Shown here: positions 38,929 to 51,237 of the stretch, one piece after another
How positions within the stretch are numbered: position 1 is the stretch's first letter
How the letters are laid out: the number at the start of each line of letters is the position of its first letter
Source: Octopus bimaculoides
Taxonomy: Eukaryota
Length of the DNA: 64,000 nucleotides
Reading direction: 5' to 3'
Assembly (NCBI RefSeq): GCF_001194135.2
Contig: NC_068986.1
Location: forward strand, 43,999,126 to 44,063,125
Made by a program: the position numbers and the translations under genes
Notes under the pieces: generated by a model
Database searches by the model: none
Seen by the model: the letters and a program-made list of their open reading frames with translations, nothing else
Told to the model about the DNA's origin: nothing

Positions 38929-40570
38929 GTGAGTTAGATTGATGTAAATAATGAAAAATCTAATGCACATTTCTGTCAAGTTATATTAAACAAATATCTA
39001 TCTTTCTCTTCTTTCCATATTTCTAACTTTCCTTCTCACATCTCTCTGTGTTACCTTCATTTTGTGTCTCTGCTGTAATCACTGCTAAAATCTCCAGTTG
39101 TAAAATTGCTGACTGAACAGCAAAGTAAACACATGCTCAGAGTTCCACAGCGCGATGTGAGCAATGGATCACTGCAATAATTTATTGTATAATGAACATT
39201 GAGGCAGTATGAGCATGTTGTTTTCTCTGCAATCCAGTTAACCCTTTTTATAAAGGGATCATGATATATCAGAAGTTCTGCATCTGTGGGTTACTTCCAG
39301 CCATTCAACCCACTACATACACGTAATCTATTTATTTGAACTAGGCTAACTAGGGTTACACAAGAAGATATACTATGTTTTTATAGGTGATTTCTAGAAG
39401 AATTTAACAAGTTAAATTATCATGACAAGTGAAGAATTTAATATTTTGCCTCCTTGCTCTTCATCTGAGAATAAGAAAAAAGAATGATAATGTGGTAGTT
39501 TTGTTTGACTATATGACACTACTCACTCTCAGATAAATGGCAAGGATGCAATACATGAGGTTCTTCACTCATCGTGACACTTAAATTCTTTGAACTCTTC
39601 TATGGAGTTGTTTCTAACTCAGACTATCACCAATTTCTGTGCATTCCAGAATTTACTTTGTTGCACAATTTGGTCTAAAGTGTTTAACATGTCAACCAAC
39701 TCACCATATACATAACTTTATATATTCTATGAGAACTGTTTTGAAAAAATTCTACAGTGATATTTTTATTCTTTGGTATTGTGCATTGTCTGTCATAAGC
39801 TTGTGTGCTCATTACTTAAGCCTTTCATTCCTTATGGAGCATAGCCATCAAAACTTTTCTCCACTATTCTCAATTCTATGCTACCAGAGCCACTCCCTCA
39901 ATATGGGGCTGGTGGCATCCCTGAAGGAAGGCTTTCCTCTCTCAAGTTTTGCTGGTTTTGAATTATCATTGATACTTCTGTAACTTTACATTTTTCTAAG
40001 TAGGGTTGTTGGTCCTATACAAACCCATTTTTACCTCTATATTAGTCTGACCTCTCTCCTTTGACTTGACCAGCATAGGACGTCCTAACAGAAGCTTGTA
40101 CTCTGTTGACCTAGTTCTCAGGGCCATTGAGGCACACAAGCCACCACATTGCAACAAGGACTGGACCTTGTGACAGACATGATCTTTAGGCCCAAGCTTA
40201 TCTTGTTTTCCATGCCTTACAAATAATTAAGAGTACAGTACTCAGTTTGTCACATGCTTAACCTCAGCTGTTGCCAGTACTCCTTTTTGGTTAAGTGAAC
40301 TGGAGCTATAGGAAAAGAATTTAATTCAAGAACACAACATACCAGCCAGTCTAGGAATTGAGACTGTGACCTACTAGACCATGTACCTTCACAAGCTGTA
40401 TGTTAGTCATCTTAATTTTATAATTTCATATGACCTAGTGTATTTAAAGTGCTAGATATGCTTAAGGTAGTGAGCTGATAGAATTTTTAGCATTCTGGGC
40501 AAAATTCTTAGCGGCATTTTGTCTGTCTTTACATTCTGAGTTCAAATTCTGCCATGGTCGATTTTGCCTT

Positions 40571-41953
40571 TGTAGCGTACTTCTCTCTCTCTCTCTGTTA
40601 TATATACATGAGTGCGGACGTAGTGGTTAACAGCTAGCCTTCGGCCGCACTTTTGAACCCTGTTGTGTCCACCACTCTGATTGGTTGATATTGGCGTGTT
40701 TTTGTCTCTTGTTCTATTTCGCGCCAGGGTGCAACCCAACCAGTCGCAGCCTTCAGATAAGGTCATGTGGGACAGTCTTTCTGAACCCCTGTTTGAGCCA
40801 ATAGTATAGTATAAAATCTAGCTTTCCATCATCCTGTTTCTCAGTCCGGCTCCAGACCTTCTGAGGTCTAGCCGCTGACCACAGAGCACACAACCAGTTC
40901 CAGCGATGGCGCACGACACAGCTTCATGGAGATCCAACACTACATTCAATAGCTTACTGCAAACTCCTTCATCGCCACCGCCAGCATCTACGCCAGCTTC
41001 TCTACGTACACACCAACCAGCAATGCTCGCACAGCTTTTCTCCACACTGTTTGTGAAATGCTTCACCATGGTTAACAGCAAATACAGCCTGCAAGAACTC
41101 CTGTTCCAAGTAACCGGCCGCAGCATTGAAGCCTCAACTACTCACGACATGTGTGTCTTCGGCTCTACCTTGCCACCACAACTTCTTGATACAGCACTTC
41201 AACTACTTTTTACCTTTGATACGAACTGGTATATTTCCCATCCTTGTGCCTGGGCTTTCTTATAACATCCTTTTCTATGCTCTGTACTTTTCGCACGGAG
41301 GTGCAATGGCCCAGTGGTTAGGGCAGCAGACTCGCAGTCATAGAATCACGGTTTCGATTCCCAGACCAGGCGTTGTGAGTGTTTATTGAGCGAAAACACC
41401 TAAAGTTCCACGAGGCTCAGGCAGGGGATGGTGGTGAACCCTGCTGTACTCTTTCACCACAACTTTCTCTCACTCTTTTTTCTTGTTTCTGTTGTGCCTG
41501 TAATTCAAAGGCTCAGCCTTGTCACACTGTGTCACACTGAATATCCCCGAAAGCTAGTTTAAGGGTACACGTGTCTGTGGAGTGCTCATCCACTTGCACG
41601 TTAATTTCACCAAGCAGGCTGTTTCGTTGATCGGATCAACTGGAACCCTCGACGTCGTAAGCGACGGAGTGCCAACAACAATATATTTCTCGCACACACA
41701 TACACGTTTTGTATACACATACATTTTGTTTATATGACGGCCTGTCTATTATTGTGTTTATTATGTCACACTCACACACAAAGACATACAAGTTGACATA
41801 TCAATAAAACCTTTCTCTTAAAACTTTTACTGGTTGTGTCTCTCTCTTTTCCTTTTAGCACTTATACACGTTTAACTTCTTATTTGTGTTGACCGTGCGA
41901 TGCGCTAAAGGAGCCATTCCTCGTCACCATCTCCTGGTCGCACGGTCAATACA
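40571..41953 (+). mobile_element. Probable solo LTR (~985 bp without the nested SINE) inserted in a SINE
   Basis: TGTA...TACA ends, 4-bp TSD cctt (40567-40570, 41954-41957), AATAAA at ~41804. The interrupted SINE resumes exactly on both sides. Confidence 0.75.
41297..41683 (+). mobile_element. Full-length tRNA-derived SINE (family 1) nested in the solo LTR; second copy at 1390-1702 (-)
   Basis: Head ggaggtgcaatggcccagtggttagggcagcagactcg..ggtttcgattcccagacc with A and B boxes, (CAA)n tail, imperfect 12-bp TSD (tacttttcgcac / tatttctcgcac). Confidence 0.88.
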
Positions 41954-42728
41954 CCTTTCATTCCTTCAGTATTGATAAAATAAGTACCAGTTGAACATGA
42001 GTCAATCTAATCAACTTAACCCCCTCCCCAAAATTGCTGGCATCGTGTCAAAATTTGAAACTAATGTTGAATATGCTAAGAACATACTTTGATATTAAAT
42101 TGAATTTAAAGATGCTTTCTCTTTTATATTAAAATTCTTTACTTTACCCCTTCTATTCATCTTTCAGAAAATAGCGTATACATTGGAAACATTGACACCA
42201 GCTCAACAGAGGTAAATATTTGTGTATTTATTTGTTTTGATTTGAAAATAAAAATGTCTTTTTCAGTAGAAAATAATCTGTTGTTTCGGGCAGATTGTTT
42301 GAACCAAAACCACTCTTTCTCTCCAAACATTCCTATCTTCCAGGACATTCTTGAGGTCTTCTATTTGTTAGTCGACATCACAAGAGGATTGGTCAATGTA
42401 TATTATTCTGGCTCATCAAACGTGAGAATTCTCATTGCTAATTATCCACAGAAAGAGCTCATTCACTTATTCAACTTTGCTTCAAAAGTAGTAATCTGCA
42501 TATCTTGTCCTCTGCTTTCAAATGATTTATGTGTTGGGGATATTTCTATAAAGCTTTTCTTTTATCGGATGTTTCCATGATCTGTTGTGAACAGCATGCA
42601 ACCTACATGTGTAGGTCCTATCTAGCTTACTTCCTATGTTTTTTGTCAGAGTTCACATGGATGAATCATAAAAAACTCATTCTACTATGACTCTGAAGAG
42701 TTCCCTTTTCATCCTGTCAAGCAATGTA

Positions 42729-42855
42729 CAGGGTGTCCACAAAGTCTGAGTACATGGAGTAAATAAAATCATAACATAAACAATTAAATATAAGAAATAA
42801 TAATTTCTTAAAGCATGTGTTAATCCCCATATACCCAGACTTTGTGGACACCCTG
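42729..42855. mobile_element. 127-bp Tc1/mariner-type MITE
   Basis: Perfect ~20-bp TIRs cagggtgtccacaaagtctg / cagactttgtggacaccctg with TA on both sides. Confidence 0.9.
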
Positions 42856-43743
42856 TAGACTTAATTTGTCCAGTGCATTCCATTCTTTTGCTATGAGGAC
42901 TGATACATCTTTTTCAGTCAATTAGATGTCACTTCCAAGATCATTGAAACATTCAACTTTCTTCAGGGGTGTACCACCCAATGGGTTCAATTGCCTGTTC
43001 TGGTTAAAATGTGTATTCAGTCTTCTCAGCATTCACATAAAGACCAATCCCAGAAGCTACTTCATCTAATGCATGCAGCAGTGTTTCAACATCTATACGC
43101 TTGAAAGGAAATAGTATTCCAACATTATGAACCTTTTTAACTCCTGATATCAACTTGCCTAAGACTATCCCAGGTTCAAGACAAACTTTCTGTTAAAATG
43201 TGATCTAAGATTTTTTTTTAAATCTTCACTCAAAATTTTATGTTCATATATGTACCAAACATTTATAGTCAATCCACCCTTTTTTTATGTCTATTTCTGT
43301 ATTTTGTATTTTGATTATAATTGTATTTTTGTCTGTCACTATATCCATGAGTTTAGTTTTGTCTGTAAACTGCTGAAAATGACCCATCACTTTGGATATG
43401 CATTTTCACACTGAGTGAAATGACGAGAGGATCTAATGAAGAACTTATTGAAACAATTACCTGAGGAGACACATTTTACACTATGGGTGGATGATGATGA
43501 TTACACAACATTTCACTAATGTACTGCAGGTGTAAAAATGTGTCAAAACAATTGTAGAGATTTTAAATAAAGAATGTTGTTCATTCCATTTCTATCATTT
43601 ATCTATTTCTATAAACTTTATGGATACTATGGAATTCCTGATAAATATCTAGTAGCAAGAGCATTTCCACTGTACGATGGAATCAGGTAGCCAATAACTA
43701 TGGACAAACTTTGCATAACATTCTACAAGGTTTTTACCCAAGC

Positions 43744-43782
<39 letters not shown>

Positions 43783-43881
43783 TAGAGAAATAGTAGTTTT
43801 GGCTGCTATTTCTAATTTTCAGTGTATGGTGAAGCAATGCCTGCTGAACCCTAAATTTTAATTATGTTTATATATATATAT

Positions 43882-43922
<41 letters not shown>

Positions 43923-44713
43923 ACAGACTTCCACACAGTTTCTGTCTAACAAATTCACTCACAAGGCATTGGTCAGCTCAGAGCTATAGTAGAAAATACT
44001 TGCTCACAATTCCACGCAGTTGTACTGAACTCAAGATCACATGGTTGCATAGTGGATTTTTGAACCACACAGCCATGCCTGGGTACAAATTACAGAAAAT
44101 TTACTTGCAGATGCAATATAATTTATCTTTATTTATTTAATTAAAATGCTTTTATATACACACTATTGGTAGGCCAGTTACTACAGTATTTGTCCTGAGA
44201 TAACATCCCTTATAGACTTTTTTGGGTTCAAAACAATAAATATTAGTGAAAATTCATCCTAGCAGCAGCCAGTAATAGAGCAAGATGCATTTTGGCCTCT
44301 TTAGTGAATGTTTATTCATCTTTTCCAGTATCAGAGATGAATTCTCATCTGGGTATGTAGCTGACTGGACACTGATAGGACAAATTTTCTCTCAGATATT
44401 TATTGTGGTTTTAACACAGCAAGCCCATAAGAGATGTTATCCCAGAACAAATATTGCAATAACTTTCCTCTTTATTGATAGTGGGTTTACATTAAATATG
44501 ATACATAGATAGCTTATTTTCAAGTTTCTGAAATAAAACCTTAATTAAATTAAGTATTGTGGGTTTTTGATTTGAGATGATTTTTTTTCTCCATTCAATA
44601 TACAACTCTATAAAAAAGATTTATTTATACCAGCCATTTGTGTAATAATGAATAAATATGAATGAACATTTCTATGTTATCAATGAGCGATCAGTTCTTT
44701 TGTACCTAAAATA

Positions 44714-45029
44714 GGAGAGAGAGACCTCTTTCAGTCACAAATGACCATGGGATTGCACCTAGAAAGTCACCCCCACCTGAGGCACAAGTTTGGGTGACAT
44801 GCATATCTGCCTCCCCTCTCCACACCACTGACGTTGTCCAAGGCAAAAGCCAGTACAGCTTGGTACCAGTGACATCATAACTTATTTGTGCAGCTGAGTG
44901 AACTGGAGCAGTATGAAATAAAGTGTCTTGCTCAAGAACACAACACAAAGCCTGCTACAAGAATGAAACTCACAACCTCACAATTGTAATCCCAATGCTC
45001 TAACTACTGAGCCATGCGCCTTCACTCTA
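44714..45029 (-). mobile_element. tRNA-derived SINE family 4 with 11-bp TSD
   Basis: TSD tacctaaaata at 44703-44713 and 45030-45040. Head gtgaaggcgcatggctcagtagttagagc, central ttcttgagcaagacacttt. Confidence 0.85.
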
Positions 45030-46025
45030 TACCTAAAATACATGGCACCTAATCATGTAAAAGAATAAAATACCTACAGTAGATTTGATCCTCACACATC
45101 TATGAGTTGCTAGTGTACAGTAACCTATCCATTCATTTGTTTCATATCTCAGCTCTTTTCTATTCATTGCATTACATGTCTTTTCTTTTTCTTTTTTTCT
45201 TTTCTTTTTTTAGGAAGAATTAAAGAAATTTTTCATAGGAATAAATATTTTGAACTTAACCATTTTTAAAAAATGCTATAAATGGTAAATGACTTTGTTT
45301 ATTCTTTACTAATAATGGTCTTTGATGTAAGCATAACGTCATACATTTTTCAAGAGGGAAGTCAATATGATTGACTTTCCTCTACTATCCCTCCCCCACC
45401 TCACTGGTACTTATTTTATCAAGCCAAGAAAAATGAAAGCAAAGCCAAGCACAACAGGATTTGAACTTAGAATGTAAAAAATTACAAATAAATATCATTA
45501 TTCTTCAGTAATAATATTAAAAGTTGAAGGTTCGATTTAGTGTCGGTTTTTTTTTTTTTTTTTTCAATCAGTTTGACTGGGAAAGAAACATTTGCAAAAC
45601 TGGAGAAATTACTGAGAGGGTCAGTGTAATTAATATCATTTTCATCTTGCATCCATTTTTCCCGCCATGTTGCTATGAGTTGAACAAAAGCATCACACCA
45701 CTTGTCATTCTTCAATGCACATGGCTGTAGATGAAGCTACTGATTTTTGTTTTTTTCTATGCATTTTATTGTGTTACTGGCAGTAGAGCATGTCTAAAGA
45801 GTCTTCCTCAATCCACTATCAGTTTTTATTAACAGTTACTACTCCCTTGGGTGATCTGTTTACTCAGAAGTTTATGACATCTGCATCTCCTCTGTTAACA
45901 GATTAAGAAATAAGAGCAACCCATTGCTTGCAAGTGTGTTCCAAGGCAGTATAATAGTGAATAAATGGAGTATATAAAGAGAAGTAAATTTCAATAGGAG
46001 TGGCATAACACTGTAACAAAATTTT

Positions 46026-46027
<2 letters not shown>

Positions 46028-46064
<37 letters not shown>
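46028..46064. repeat. Poly-T tract (~37 nt); other simple repeats at 17179-17200, 26520-26635, 43746-43780, 43870-43920, 47195-47420
   Basis: Direct reading. Confidence 0.95.
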
Positions 46065-46065
<1 letters not shown>

Positions 46066-46863
46066 TCTTTGGTCAGTGAGTGTTATTTCCTATCTAGAAA
46101 TCAAAGGAAATGACTACTATTCCCTTTAATTTGATTTTGTGACCTGGATATCAATATTTTGAAACTGACCTATTTTCCATTACACTTCTGATAGATACAG
46201 CACAGAATTGCTGAAGCAGAAATATCATTATAGCAAATATTCTGCTCAATACCACAGATTTGCTTGTTAGTTGGTTGACCTTAATCACTTGAGCATGTCC
46301 CTTAGTGGCTGACAATATGCGCATCTCTGATCATGAGCAGGAATAGTAGGGGAGCATCATAACCATGTGTTGAGAGGGATTCTTTGGAATTTGAATAAAT
46401 GTAAGAAAAGCAAAATTTGAAGATAATATTAGCCATTTTTCATTCTTTCTAGAGGTAAGCAAATAGGAAATGACAGTTGCTACTCAAAGGACAAAAATTG
46501 TGTTACACAGTGTAATTAGCACATTTGGAAGTACAAAGGTTGCTGCAGTAACATAAGACACTCAGAAGGTCTAGTGCTTGAGAGATGGAGTGCATGTGTT
46601 TTTATAATCTTGTTTATCAAATGGCCAGTTCTATTTATTGAGATAAAAAAAATTTTCTACTCTTTATTATTGACGATGTTCATAATGTTCTTTGTTTCAT
46701 ACTTTCAGTTTTGCTTTTGTTAAAGTTGGAAGCAAGAGTGATATTGACAAAATATTTATGTCATGTGGTAAGCTGTTCAAGTCAAGAAAACTGATCATTA
46801 AGTCATACAAACAGCAAAGTAATGGTTCTATAATGGATGGTAAATATTCTTTTTTTAAACTAA

Positions 46864-47591
46864 TCTATATATATAAAAATGAGAATGTGTGTCTGTCTGT
46901 CTGTCTGTCTGTGTGTGTGTGTGTGTGTATCCCTAAAACTCGAGAACTACACAACCAATTTCATTCAAATTTTACACGTGCCTTACTTAGGGTTCCAGTT
47001 GTGTTTTAGTCAAAAAAATTTTTTAACTTCTTGCAGAGTTCGAGCCCACGGCAACATAATATCTCCTCCACTATTTAAGTATTACGTGTCAAAAGTGAAA
47101 CAAAAACACTCATGTCAAATACTTTCACTTTAAAAATGAAACTATTCCACTAACTGAAACAATCACATTTCGATACTGTAATGACAGATACTTTCAGAGA
47201 GAGAGAAAGAGAGAGAGAGAGATGTATATATATATAGATGTGTATGTATACGTATAGATATATATGCATACATGTATATGTATACATATGTGTAGATGTA
47301 TATATATATATAGATGTACATGTAATATGTACACATATATACATACATATACATACATACAGATATCTATACATATATACACCCATCACACACATACACA
47401 TGGACACAAACACACACATTAGTCATTTGTTTTCTTATCTAAAACTACGTCAAAAGTACTGAATGGATCTTTCTGAAATTTGGAAATTACATTCTATGCA
47501 TAACGGCCATAACTCCCATGAAAATTCATATATTTTTGATGTTGATGAAATTTTAACCCGAACATAACAGATGAGCACTGTCTGTAGCTAG
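46864..47591 (+). mobile_element. Non-autonomous Helitron copy 1
   Basis: 5' a|TCTATATATATAAAAATGAGAATGTGTGTCTG start, internal microsatellites, degenerate 3' hairpin then CTAG|t. Confidence 0.75.
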
Positions 47592-47597
47592 TCTTCT

Positions 47598-47689
47598 CTT
47601 GGAAGAGCCCCGCTTCTCACATGGACAACTGTATGTTGGCTGCTCAAGGGTGGGCAGCAAAAAAAAACCTATTTGCATATGCTCCACAA
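47598..47689 (+). mobile_element. Helitron RepHel helicase C-terminal fragment (LEEPRFSHGQLYVGCSRVGSKKNLF)
   Basis: FSHGQLYV.CSRV is the PIF1-family helicase motif VI of Helitrons. The sequence runs into an N-gap. Confidence 0.85.
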
Positions 47690-48072
47690 NNNNNNNNNNN
47701 NNNNNNNNNNNNNNNNNNNNNNNNNNNNNNNNNNNNNNNNNNNNNNNNNNNNNNNNNNNNNNNNNNNNNNNNNNNNNNNNNNNNNNNNNNNNNNNNNNNN
47801 NNNNNNNNNNNNNNNNNNNNNNNNNNNNNNNNNNNNNNNNNNNNNNNNNNNNNNNNNNNNNNNNNNNNNNNNNNNNNNNNNNNNNNNNNNNNNNNNNNNN
47901 NNNNNNNNNNNNNNNNNNNNNNNNNNNNNNNNNNNNCAACGAGATGTTATAATCACAACAGCAAGAAAATATGTACATGATCACCTTTTACGAAACTTCA
48001 TTGACTTTCATATATTTATATTGATATACATATATATATGTGTGTTTGGGTGCGTGTGTGTGTGTGTATATA

Positions 48073-48764
48073 TCTATCTCTATATATAAAGATGAGAATG
48101 TGTGTCTGTCTGTGTATCTGTGTGAATCCCTAAAACTCGAGAGCTACACAACTCTCTTTTACAAACCCAGTGAAAATACATATATTTCATATGTCAAAGA
48201 AATTCAAGCAATACATATAACACCAAAGTTAAAAACATTCCCAACAATTCCACAATCCCCAACCTCCAGAGCTTTTGAAGAAACTGTTATCATCAACTGA
48301 CCAAGATTCCTAACATTTGCAAAACAAAATTAGACAATACGACGCTGTACTACAGATGACATCATTTGGAACCACAAGAGATTTAACTGAGGCAGCATTC
48401 ATCCAAACTTTCAAGATTCAACCTCAGATTTATCATTGCATTGTCTCTCTACTACCTCTGTCAAATGAATCACCAAAATTGGCCTTTCATTATTTATAAT
48501 CTGTACCTGTTTGTTTGGTTACGAAATAAGATACACAAAAACGTGTTTCTGAATTACGTGTATTTACTTTATATACATATGAGTTGAAAACTTTCTTCTA
48601 GCATTCCACCTAATATCTATGTTCCATGCTGGCATGGATTGGAGAGTTATTAATGTAGAAATATGGTATCGTAGCTACTAACAGTTGAGGGTTGCGTAGT
48701 CTAGACGGCGTTTTTAGATTTCATTATTCTCTTTAACCCGGGCAACGCCGGGTGTTTCTGCTAG
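48073..48764 (+). mobile_element. Internally deleted Helitron copy 2 carrying a RepHel N-terminal fragment
   Basis: Same 5' TC end as copy 1. ORF 48317-48499 reads QNKIRQYDAVLQMTSFG...TFKIQPQIYHCIVSLLP...PK. 3' hairpin cccgggcaacgccggg followed by CTAG|t. Confidence 0.88.
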
Positions 48765-50734
48765 TTATTAATATTTTTTCTCTATTGTAACAGGTGTTAT
48801 TCTACTCAGTCACCCTTCTACAAGATTTTTGTTGCTAAATATTCGTCATGATTCTTCTCCACTATCACTTTAGTATTTAGTATTAGTGTAAATTCATAGT
48901 CATCCATACATACAGGCATGTCCTTTGCAGGTGCTGGTGCCACATAAAATGCACTCAAACCGGTGCCACGTAAAATACACTCACGCCATGTAAAATGCAC
49001 TTGTACTGGTGCTGCATAAACACACTCATGCCAGTTGCATGTAAAAGACACCCAGCACACTCTGTAAAGTGGTTAGCATTAAGAAGGGCATCTAGCCATA
49101 GAAACCTTACCAAAATAGACAACTGTATTCTGAACAGCTGGCCAACTCCTGTCAAACTGTCCAACCCATGCCAGCATAGAAAACGGACATTAAACAATGA
49201 TGATGTCTGTCTATTGCATACATTTTCTCCATCAGTTCACAATGTTTTTATTCTTATCATTTAATCCCATCCTCTTATCTGTAATTGTTGCTTTGCCCCA
49301 ATTTTTTTTTTAATTAAGCAGACCTATGCTCATAGGTTATCAAGCTATAACCAGTCTGTCTTTATAAGATAATTATATGTGATTTGAAAGAGATTTAGTT
49401 GCTAATTTCAGTAGATCAAGTGATACCACTGTTGGCTTGTCTATCTGTAATTTAATACTGTAAAAGGTTCAGTTTACCATCGCACGAAGCAAGAGCACTG
49501 TATGATCAAAATCATCCCATTATTGCACTGCTGAGCTAAAGCCATCCCTTGAACCAGGATCATAAAATAATATGCACTATAGCTTTGTTTCAACCAAATC
49601 TGTTTTTATCTGTGGACAATTTATGAATGACAATAGTCACTAGAATCATTAAGATAGTAATGTTCTGCACCAACATCAATCAAATGTGGTGTGGGTATAA
49701 ACGAATCAGTTAATGTTTACTTGTGAGATGTGAGGACCAATGTTTTGAACAAGGCTCTTCACCTCAGAATAAATGAGTAACAAAAGATTTCTGCTTGAAT
49801 TGCTTAGCTGTATATTTAGCAAGTCAATTACTTCGTCTTCCAACACAGGAACATATTGTTTTGGTTGAAATATAGGTATCAAGAACCAGACTTTTAAAGA
49901 TATTTCTTAAATTTTCAATATTTATGCTGCATATTTTGGGGAAAAACAATTTGAGAACGTTTAATTTTTATCTACCAAGATTCTTGCTTATGAATATATC
50001 TATTTCATTTTTGGAAATAGCACACATGCACAAATATAATTGTAAAATAACAATTGATAATAGTATTCTTAGTTGTTTCTAATTTTCCTTAAAATAAGGA
50101 GGACAATAAGAGAGAATTTATTAACAGCAGTCCTCTTCCTCATCATCATTGTTTATTTATTACAACTTGCTGGTAAGACAGGCATGATTACATGTTCACT
50201 CCATATCACATATCACATTCCATCATGAGTGTCTTAAGCTCATCTAGGTCTCGACAGTGGTTTTGGAAGGACACCCAAGGTTCATGCTCCCACGGGTCAG
50301 TTTCCAGATTATAGCTTGGTTGGCCAGACAACTCATGTTGTTGCTGACATTGCTCAGCAAGCTTCTTGCATCTTATTATCTTGTTGGTCAACTAGGATAG
50401 GTTGTCATACACTTGCTTATCAATCACTTTCTACATCTAGCTAATAATGAAGGCCAAGTTTCAAACCCATAAGGGAGGAGTGTCTCATTTGTTGCTTTGA
50501 AGATTCACTTCTGGAAAGATTTGAGGTTCAGGCATTTATTATATCATTGATCACTTTCCAGGCAAGGCCAGCTCACATTTTGATGTCCCTTTCTGAGTTC
50601 TCTATGAATGATCCAAGATACTCAAAGTTGGAAACTCACTTGAGTAGCTGATAGCTATTTTGCAGATTGTGTAATCCATCTCCTTTCTGTTCAAATATAG
50701 AGCAGTTTCATTGCTTTCACTTTATACTCTAGAC

Positions 50735-51237
50735 CAGTGGTTCTCAACCAGGGTTCATATAAGATATTGTTGTTAAAATTTATATGTAATAAATTGGTTA
50801 GCTTCAGTAAGTTCCATTGAACCTTATGGGGTATGACCAATTGAGGCACTTGGTGCTACATTGATGCTTCTTTTCTTTCTCTTTTTTTTGTTTTTCTTTT
50901 GTAAAATATATTCCTTTTCACTGAATTAACTATTTTAAATGATGTGAGTTTAAGCACGAACATTTAATTAACATTTATGTATAATGTATAATATTTAACA
51001 TTCTTGCATATATTTACATATATTTCCATGTTTCAATAAATTACATTTCATCTTGTCTAGAAAATAAATTGGTTATACTTCTACAATACACAAAATATTT
51101 TAATAATTATTTTTATACAATTCCTAATAATATAAAAATATGATGGGATGCTTTTTTTTAACATCAAATAACTAGGAGGGTCCAGGGAAAATAGGAATCA
51201 AAGAGGTCCATAGGTGCAAAATGGTTGAGAACCACTG
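50735..51237. mobile_element. hAT (Charlie-type) MITE, 503 bp
   Basis: TIRs cagtggttctcaacc / ggttgagaaccactg and a perfect 8-bp TSD ctctagac (50727-50734, 51238-51245), matching the Charlie NTCTAGAN preference. Confidence 0.93.

Noticed and set aside
40906-41265. 119-aa ORF inside the solo LTR
   Set aside because: No recognisable gag, pol or other motif. GC-rich sequence makes a chance ORF of this length plausible.
41297-41370. Functional tRNA gene (also other SINE heads)
   Set aside because: The tRNA-like heads run into SINE bodies with TSDs and lack a complete cloverleaf and terminator.
46028-46100. Poly-T as the tail of an antisense retrocopy
   Set aside because: No canonical AATAAA at the expected distance, no TSD and no coding remnant seen.
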